A stretch of DNA of 64,000 nucleotides, taken from NCBI GenBank assembly GCA_023253175.1, contig JALRHH010000002.1:320199-384198 (forward strand), read 5' to 3'. This DNA is from Candidatus Saccharimonadia bacterium. Lineage in GTDB: Bacteria > Patescibacteriota > Saccharimonadia > Saccharimonadales > JALRHH01. Every line of letters begins with the position of its first letter. Position 1 is the stretch's first letter. The position numbers were made by a program, and so were the translations under genes. This document shows, one piece after another, positions 56,770-64,000 of this stretch. The notes beneath the pieces were generated by a model, which did not search any database, was not told where the DNA came from, and saw only the letters and a list, made by a program, of their open reading frames with translations.

Positions 56770-59319
56770 ATGGCAGACGAACAGAACATTCCAGAAGAAA
56801 ACATCTCGCGTGCTAACGTAGATGATTTTGAAGTAACAACCTTCGATCACTCTCGCATTGTTGAGGGTCGTACTGTCGAAAACGTAATGGAGGACAGCTA
56901 CCTTCGTTACTCTATGTCAGTTATTGTGTCTCGTGCACTTCCTGATGTGCGTGACGGACTAAAGCCAGTGCATCGTCGTATTCTCTACACGATGAACCGC
57001 GATGGCCTGCGAAGCAGCAGCAAGCACCGTAAGTCAGCAACCGTTATTGGTGCGGTGATGGGTGATTACCACCCGCACGGTGACTCATCTATCTATGACG
57101 CGATGGTACGTATGGCCCAGGACTGGTCAATGCGCTACATGCTCGTGAACGGGCAGGGTAACTTCGGTTCAATGGACGGAGATCCACCAGCGGCAATGCG
57201 TTATACCGAGGCTAAGATGGCCCGTATCGCCGAAGAAATCTTGACTGATATCGATAAGGAAACGGTAGATTTCCGTGAGAACTATGACGGCCGTCTTATG
57301 GAGCCGTCGGTGCTCCCAGCTAAGCTGCCAAACCTTCTTTTGAATGGTCAGCTTGGTATCGCCGTCGGTATGGCGACAAATATTCCGCCGCACAACCTGA
57401 CCGAGCTTCTTGATGCAACAATCACACAGATCAAAAATCCAGAAGCGACACTCGATGACCTACTTGAATTTGTAAAGGGTCCTGATTTCCCAACGGGTGG
57501 TACGGTGTATGGACGTGACTCAATTCGAACTGCGTACGCAACTGGCCGTGGTGGTGTTGTAGTACGTGGCTCTGCTGAAGTTATTGAGGGAGCAAAGGGT
57601 AGATCGCAGATTGTCATTACTGAGATACCATACGCTGTGAACAAAGAAGGGCTTGTTGTTAAGATCGCTGACCTTGTAAACGACAAAAAGATTACCGGTG
57701 TTCGCGACATTCGCGATGAGAGTTCACGCGGTACGGTTCGTATCGTAATTGACCTTAAAAAGGACGCATATCCAAAGAAGCTTCTGAATCAGCTCTATAA
57801 ACTGACCCCGCTTCAACAGACGTTCCACTACAACATGTTGGCGCTTGTCGACGGTATCCAGCCCCGTATTCTTGGTCTCCAGGACATCATCAAAGAGCAC
57901 ATTAAGCACCGTCAGGCTGTGGTTCGCCGCCGTACTGAGTTCGAGCTTCGTAAGGCAAAAGAGCGCGCTCATATCTTAGAGGGTCTTAAGATTGCACTTG
58001 ATAATATCGATGAAGTAATCAACACGATTCGTTCAAGTGAAACGACTGAAGAAGCTCAGAAGAACCTCATGGCGAAGTTCAAGCTGTCAGAGATTCAGGC
58101 GCGTGCAATCCTTGCGATGCAGCTTCGAACACTGGCTGGTCTGGAGCGCAAGAAGATCGAGGATGAGCTCGCAGAGCTGCTTAAGACGATTGCTGAACTT
58201 GAAGCAATCCTTGCCGATGAGCAGAAGATTCTGGCAATTATTGCCGAAGAGTTCGAAGAAATTAAGAAGGCATACGGTGATGAGCGTCGTACCCGTGTGG
58301 TGCCGCAAGAACTTGGTAAGCTTGGTGATGAAGACCTGATCCCAGACGAGCAAGTTGCAGTGACACTAACATCTGCGAACTACATCAAGCGTAGTTCAGT
58401 TGCTGAATACAAGAAGCAAAACAGGGGTGGTAAGGGCCGCCGCGGTATGGCTACCCGTGAAGAAGACGTCATTGAGCACATGGTCAATGCAAGTACGCAT
58501 GACTTCCTATTGTTCTTTACGAACAAGGGACGTGTCTTCCGTCTGAAGACGTATGAAGTGCCAGCTGCGAGCCTTAGTGCCAAGGGTGTTGCACTCGTGA
58601 ACTTACTTCAGCTTCAACCAGAAGAGACTGTAAGTTCGGTTATTAATGTGAGTAAGCAAAACGCTGCGGCAAACCTACTTATGTGTACGGTTCGTGGTGT
58701 CGTTAAGAAGACTCCGTTCGAACAGTATAAGAACGTCCGTTCAAGTGGTCTTATCGCAATCAATCTTGATGAAGGTGATGAGCTGAAGTGGATTCGCATG
58801 ACAACAGGCGACAACGAGGTTGTTATCTCTACATCTCAGGGTCAGGCGATCCGCTTCCACGAAAAGGACGCGCGTCCAATGGGCCGTGTGTCACGTGGTG
58901 TGCGTGGTATTCGTCTCCGCACAGACGATAACGTGATTGGCATGGATGTCGTAGAAAAGGACACTAGCATCTTCGTGATCAGTGACCAGGGTTACGGCAA
59001 GCGAACCAAGGTATCTCAGTTTACGGCTCATGCTCGTGGTGGTGTTGGTATCCGTTCTGCGGTTGTAAACGCTAAGACTGGTGCACTTGTCGGCGTGAAG
59101 GCGCTTGGTGGGGATGATTCACAAGAGGTGATTATTATCTCTAAGAATGGCCAGACGATTCGCCTTGGACTCAAAGATATTCCGGAGCTGGGCCGTGCAA
59201 CGCAGGGTGTCCGTATCATGCGTCTTAATGACGGCGACCGTGTTGTATCACTTGCGCTCGTAGACAAGGCAGAAGAGATCGAAGAGGATGACGACACCGA
59301 AGCTGCACCAGCAGCCTAA
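56770..59319 (+). CDS. gyrA: DNA gyrase subunit A
   Basis: SRALPDVRDGLKPVHRRILY, AAMRYTEAKM (catalytic Tyr), C-terminal beta-pinwheel. Confidence 0.97.
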   Translation: MADEQNIPEENISRANVDDFEVTTFDHSRIVEGRTVENVMEDSYLRYSMSVIVSRALPDVRDGLKPVHRRILYTMNRDGLRSSSKHRKSATVIGAVMGDYHPHGDSSIYDAMVRMAQDWSMRYMLVNGQGNFGSMDGDPPAAMRYTEAKMARIAEEILTDIDKETVDFRENYDGRLMEPSVLPAKLPNLLLNGQLGIAVGMATNIPPHNLTELLDATITQIKNPEATLDDLLEFVKGPDFPTGGTVYGRDSIRTAYATGRGGVVVRGSAEVIEGAKGRSQIVITEIPYAVNKEGLVVKIADLVNDKKITGVRDIRDESSRGTVRIVIDLKKDAYPKKLLNQLYKLTPLQQTFHYNMLALVDGIQPRILGLQDIIKEHIKHRQAVVRRRTEFELRKAKERAHILEGLKIALDNIDEVINTIRSSETTEEAQKNLMAKFKLSEIQARAILAMQLRTLAGLERKKIEDELAELLKTIAELEAILADEQKILAIIAEEFEEIKKAYGDERRTRVVPQELGKLGDEDLIPDEQVAVTLTSANYIKRSSVAEYKKQNRGGKGRRGMATREEDVIEHMVNASTHDFLLFFTNKGRVFRLKTYEVPAASLSAKGVALVNLLQLQPEETVSSVINVSKQNAAANLLMCTVRGVVKKTPFEQYKNVRSSGLIAINLDEGDELKWIRMTTGDNEVVISTSQGQAIRFHEKDARPMGRVSRGVRGIRLRTDDNVIGMDVVEKDTSIFVISDQGYGKRTKVSQFTAHARGGVGIRSAVVNAKTGALVGVKALGGDDSQEVIIISKNGQTIRLGLKDIPELGRATQGVRIMRLNDGDRVVSLALVDKAEEIEEDDDTEAAPAA

Positions 59320-59328
59320 GTAATCCCC

Positions 59329-59376
59329 AAAAAACACCCCGAGTATATATCGTAGATAGCTCGGGGTGTTCTATTT
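59329..59376 (+). terminator. hairpin after gyrA
   Basis: AACACCCCGAG-16 nt-CTCGGGGTGTT. The T tract is weak. Confidence 0.5.
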
Positions 59377-59466
59377 GTAGCCCATGCAGCATTAAGAGTT
59401 TACTTTCCATAAGAGGTATCACCCCTGTGCAGATAATGAGAATTAGGGTCATCACAGCTCTATCTG

Positions 59467-59494
59467 AAATGCTGTAATTAAAATTACAGCATTT
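59467..59494. promoter_or_regulatory. 13-bp-arm palindrome just upstream of the 16S promoter
   Basis: AAATGCTGTAATT-aa-AATTACAGCATTT. It ends 17 nt before the -35 box. Confidence 0.4.
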
Positions 59495-59510
59495 ATGGGA
59501 ACTTTTATTC

Positions 59511-59539
59511 TTGACACTTCTCTAGCTAACAGGTAAGAT
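59511..59539 (+). promoter_or_regulatory. 16S rRNA promoter
   Basis: TTGACA (59511-59516), a 17-nt spacer, then TAAGAT (59534-59539). Confidence 0.6.
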
Positions 59540-59753
59540 AATCAAAGTTTGTTGCGAGGTTTCTATTAGATTGTCTCTAACCAAGGGAGATCGTAGCGAG
59601 CGTGAACGTTAAAAATTTTTATAGTGCAAATCAACGTCAGTTCAACAAGTAATACTATGTATTACGATGAACTATATGTTTAACACACGTGGCCTTGAAA
59701 TAGAGGTCACAACAGTAAAGTCAGATTCTGACTAAGCTAAGTGAACAAGTTCT

Positions 59754-61258
<1,505 letters not shown>

Positions 61259-61417
61259 TAGGGAGAAAACTAGCAGTTAGCGGAGCAATCTCTAACGAGC
61301 TAGGTCGATCTTGGTAGATCATTGTCAGTACTGATGATTTACATTTCCAACATCGTTGGACGAGATTCCAGAACTGAAAACCGACCTGATGTTGATTGCA
61401 CTATAAAAGTTTTTAAC

Positions 61418-61448
61418 AAAAAACACCCGAGTAATCGGGTGTTTTTTA
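61418..61448 (+). terminator. rho-independent terminator directly after the 16S gene
   Basis: AAAAAACACCCGA-gtaa-TCGGGTGTTTTTT. Confidence 0.8.
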
Positions 61449-61479
61449 TTCTATTGGTATAAGTTATTATCTTAGTAGT

Positions 61480-62505
61480 ATGCAGCATGAATCTCAAAAC
61501 AAAAATAATATAATCGTCAATACTATCCCAGCAAATGTTAAAAAAAATGTTTTTGATGCATATATTGCATTGGGTATTGGGCTGGTCGTAGGAGCGCCTT
61601 TACTCGTCCTTGCCATTTTTATCGGCATTTCTCAAATAGGTGCTTCATCTTATGGCCCTCAGGTTGATATTCTTGCAAGCGTTTCGTTTGTAGCAACTGC
61701 CATAGTGTCTGCCTTCATATTTTACAGAAAAGCTCGTTCTGTAAGATACGCACCATGGATTTTTTTGCTCGCTATCAGCCATTCTGTAATTATTTCTTTT
61801 TTGGTGACAACATTTACTGCCTGGCTTACCGCTCCACTCCATGTAGATAATCTACTATTTTCGGCTATCCTCGGCGGAAAATTTATGGCGTCACTGATGC
61901 TTGCTGTTTTGATTTTTGTATTCGGCCTACTCATATATTGTCTGGCTTCTTTATCGAATAAAGCGCGCCGCGAATATACCTTGATCACTCTTGTAATATT
62001 AACTATTTTAGCTGGGGTAGGTTTTGTATACGCGGGTCACCCCTCACAAAGCTCAATATTTAATGAAGACAGTTTGAGACTCAGAGCAGATACTGCTACG
62101 GTTGAAAAAGCTCCCTTCCAGATATACGCTCCTTCTCATGACACAGGATATACGTTTAAGGGAATTACAACTCCTGCCGCAGTTAGTGAGCGTACTTATA
62201 TTGGCTTATCTTTCCAGAAGGGTAAGAGCAAACAAGCTAAAATCACTCTTGAGCAGCAGGATTTTAAGTCAGTGAGTGCGTTCGATCTACAACCTTTAGA
62301 GGATTATCGCGGTAACGTGATAGCAGGGCTGTATGGAGAACGCAGTGGAGAATCATCAGGCTATACGAAAATCGCTACAAGAAAAGGTGACACTTATGTT
62401 GCGATTATCCAGTATCCAAGTATTTCAGTTATTGTTGCTCAATCTATATTTGATTCTTTGGAACCTGTTGTGAACAACAGGCTTAATAACTCGAGTGGTC
62501 AATAG
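61480..62505 (+). CDS. polytopic membrane protein of unknown function
   Basis: 341 aa with about six N-terminal TM helices and a soluble C-terminal domain. It lies between the 16S and 23S genes. Confidence 0.6.
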   Translation: MQHESQNKNNIIVNTIPANVKKNVFDAYIALGIGLVVGAPLLVLAIFIGISQIGASSYGPQVDILASVSFVATAIVSAFIFYRKARSVRYAPWIFLLAISHSVIISFLVTTFTAWLTAPLHVDNLLFSAILGGKFMASLMLAVLIFVFGLLIYCLASLSNKARREYTLITLVILTILAGVGFVYAGHPSQSSIFNEDSLRLRADTATVEKAPFQIYAPSHDTGYTFKGITTPAAVSERTYIGLSFQKGKSKQAKITLEQQDFKSVSAFDLQPLEDYRGNVIAGLYGERSGESSGYTKIATRKGDTYVAIIQYPSISVIVAQSIFDSLEPVVNNRLNNSSGQ

Positions 62506-62549
62506 GTAGTCCTTATAAATAAAAACCACCGGTTACGGTGGAATAAGTT

Positions 62550-62626
62550 TGGTGGGCGATGGTGGACTCGAACCACCGACCTCTACATTATCAGTGTAGC
62601 GCTCTAACCAGCTGAGCTAAACGCCC
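62550..62626 (-). tRNA. tRNA-Ile (anticodon GAU)
   Basis: GGGCGTT/TA/GCTC..GAGC/CTACA-CTGATAA-TGTAG/GGTGG-TTCGAGT-CCACC/ATCGCCC-A-CCA. Confidence 0.9.
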
Positions 62627-62730
62627 TCATGATCCCGAAGGGAAAAGAGCAGGTCAGTTTAGTCGCTTGCGACTCGGCTTTGCCGACTGACCGATGAGAA
62701 AAACCGTAGGTTTGTCTCATATTTGTAATC

Positions 62731-62807
62731 TGGTGGAGCGTCGGGGACTCGAACCCCGGACCCCCTGCTTGCAAAGCAGGTGCTCTAGCCAACTGAGCTA
62801 ACGCCCC
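62731..62807 (-). tRNA. tRNA-Ala (anticodon UGC)
   Basis: GGGGCGT.. with the G3-U70 identity pair, anticodon loop TTTGCAA, T arm CGGGG-TTCGAGT-CCCCG, then ACGCTCC-A-CCA. Confidence 0.9.
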
Positions 62808-62918
62808 AGATTTACTCGGATAATTCTACACAAAAAACAGAGATAAAACAACCCCCTTCTTTGTATTATGATATAGTATGTTTACTGGTGGGTGTAATTG
62901 TAACTAAGGGGAATTATT

Positions 62919-63206
62919 ATGCCAGAAATATATGCAGCAGAACGAAGAGAGTCGATCCAACGAGAAGTGAGGGCTGCGGCAGTAAAAGAAGCTGCTCGAT
63001 TAGCCGTGCGATCTATGGATGCTGCCGCTCCAATACAGATGCGTGAGTTTATTGATCAGGTCGAGGATGATGTTATAGGGGTTTTTGGTCAGATGGGACA
63101 GCCTGAACTTAGTATAGACGCAGGCAGAGACGCTATGTTCTACATGCTGAACAAGGGTGAACTCTCATTTAATGGTGAGTTTATGCTTCAAAGAGTTGAT
63201 CAATAA
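62919..63206 (+). CDS. hypothetical protein
   Basis: 95-aa ORF behind AAGGGG. Confidence 0.5.
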   Translation: MPEIYAAERRESIQREVRAAAVKEAARLAVRSMDAAAPIQMREFIDQVEDDVIGVFGQMGQPELSIDAGRDAMFYMLNKGELSFNGEFMLQRVDQ

Positions 63207-63244
63207 CAGGGGTGATAGTATAGCAACTTTTACATCATTATATG

Positions 63245-63273
63245 CTTGACCACCTCTGTTTAAATTGGTATGA
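63245..63273 (+). promoter_or_regulatory. 23S rRNA promoter
   Basis: TTGACC (63245-63250), a 17-nt spacer, then TATGAT (63268-63273). Confidence 0.55.
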
Positions 63274-63561
63274 TTATTGGGCTATGTTGAGTTTAGGTCA
63301 CTGCTAGACGGTTACCGCCAAGCGAGAAACGTAAACTCAACCTCTACAGCAGCAAGTGAGTCAAAGATGGGTAATCTTTTTACTTGTGTAGAGATATGAG
63401 TTTGTAACTTAACAATTAGGTAGAAATATTTTGAGATTTAAGACAAACGGCATTAACGTTATTGGTAATACCAATAACTAGTCAATTTGTACTTTCAATT
63501 TGTCTCTAGTAATTATACTCGCACTTTGTGCTCGTATATTGACTAGAGCAATATCGTAAAA

Positions 63562-64000
63562 AGTTACTCAAGCGCACACAAGGGATGCCTTGACGCAATA
63601 TACCGATGAAGGACGTAGGGAGCTGCGATAAGCTTCGGGGAGCTGCTAACCAAGCTTTGAACCGAAGATTTCCGAATGGGGAAACCCGGCTAGAGTCATG
63701 TCTAGTCACTCTTATCTGAACACATAGGATAAGCAGCGGTAAGTGGGGGAACTGAAACATCTTAGTACCCCGAGGAAAAGAAAGTAAACAACGATTCCGG
63801 CAGTAGTGGCGAGCGACCCCGGATGAGCCCAAACCTTTTAAGTTTTTGCCTGCAAACGTATTTGCCAAATCTGTTACTTCGGTACCAGTGCAGCGATACG
63901 CGAGTGGCAAATAAGTTGGTAGACGAATATTTAAAAGGGGTTGTGACATGGTAAACAACCATGACGGAGTTCTGGATTTATCCAGATATCCGTTTTGGAA
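63562..64000 (+). rRNA. rrl: 23S ribosomal RNA, 5' part (continues beyond window)
   Basis: AAGCGCACACAAGGGATGCC...GATGAAGGACGT...GATTTCCGAATGGGGAAACCC...GGGGGAACTGAAACATCTTAGTACCC. Confidence 0.95.

Noticed and set aside
63506-63962. ORFs 63506-63958 and 63762-63962 (minus strand)
   Set aside because: They overlap the 23S rRNA leader and 5' domain.

Overview
This 64-kb chromosomal window comes from a small-genome bacterium that I assign to Saccharibacteria (TM7, CPR/Patescibacteria). The 16S gene (about 59754-61258) contains the target sites of the TM7-specific oligos as I recall them: GATCAGCCAGACTGGGAC (TM7305 site), GGCGTAAAGAGTTGCGTAGG (TM7567 site), TAAAACATAAAGGAATTGACGG (TM7905 site, including U at E. 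coli position 912) and GGAAGGAGGGGATGATGTCAGGTC (1177R site). The standard genetic code fits all long ORFs.

Content:
- Housekeeping genes: ftsK (5' partial), rpsF-rpsR, ssb, efp, tlyA, ychF, a Xer-type recombinase, ndk, a PpiC-type isomerase, mscS, nrdR, thrS, miaA, rpmB, RNase P RNA, infC-rpmI-rplT, comM/yifB and gyrB-gyrA.
- A complete secretin-less type IV pilus locus (12.8-26.2 kb): pilMNO, pilB, pilT, pilC, a major pilin, pilD, three minor pilins and a PilX-like protein.
- Seven tRNAs: Arg-CCU, Asp-GUC, Val-GAC, Thr-CGU, Pro-GGG, Ile-GAU and Ala-UGC.
- A 16S gene and a 23S 5' end that are unlinked. Each has its own promoter, and they are separated by 2.3 kb that holds protein genes and opposite-strand tRNA-Ile/Ala.

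Most notable observations:
1. An orphan, near-canonical Pup (prokaryotic ubiquitin-like protein, ...FVQKGGQ) with no ligase or proteasome genes nearby.
2. A sharply GC3-rich roughly 0.6-kb islet encoding a secreted protein. It looks recently acquired from a high-GC (actinobacterial, host-like) donor.
3. Three tandem 2H-phosphoesterase paralogs.
4. A 47-nt covarying hairpin module joined to duplicated tRNA 3' ends, found downstream of both tRNA-Arg and tRNA-Asp.
5. A roughly 170-nt, roughly 71-bp rod-like hairpin between tRNA-Asp and tRNA-Val. Its 12 G-U pairs all favour the + strand.
6. Several promoter/terminator-bounded or hairpin-rich ORF-free regions.
7. A VirD4/TraG-like ATPase next to an LPXTG protein with CxxCP repeats.

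All RNA folds, motif calls and counts were made by eye and need computational confirmation.
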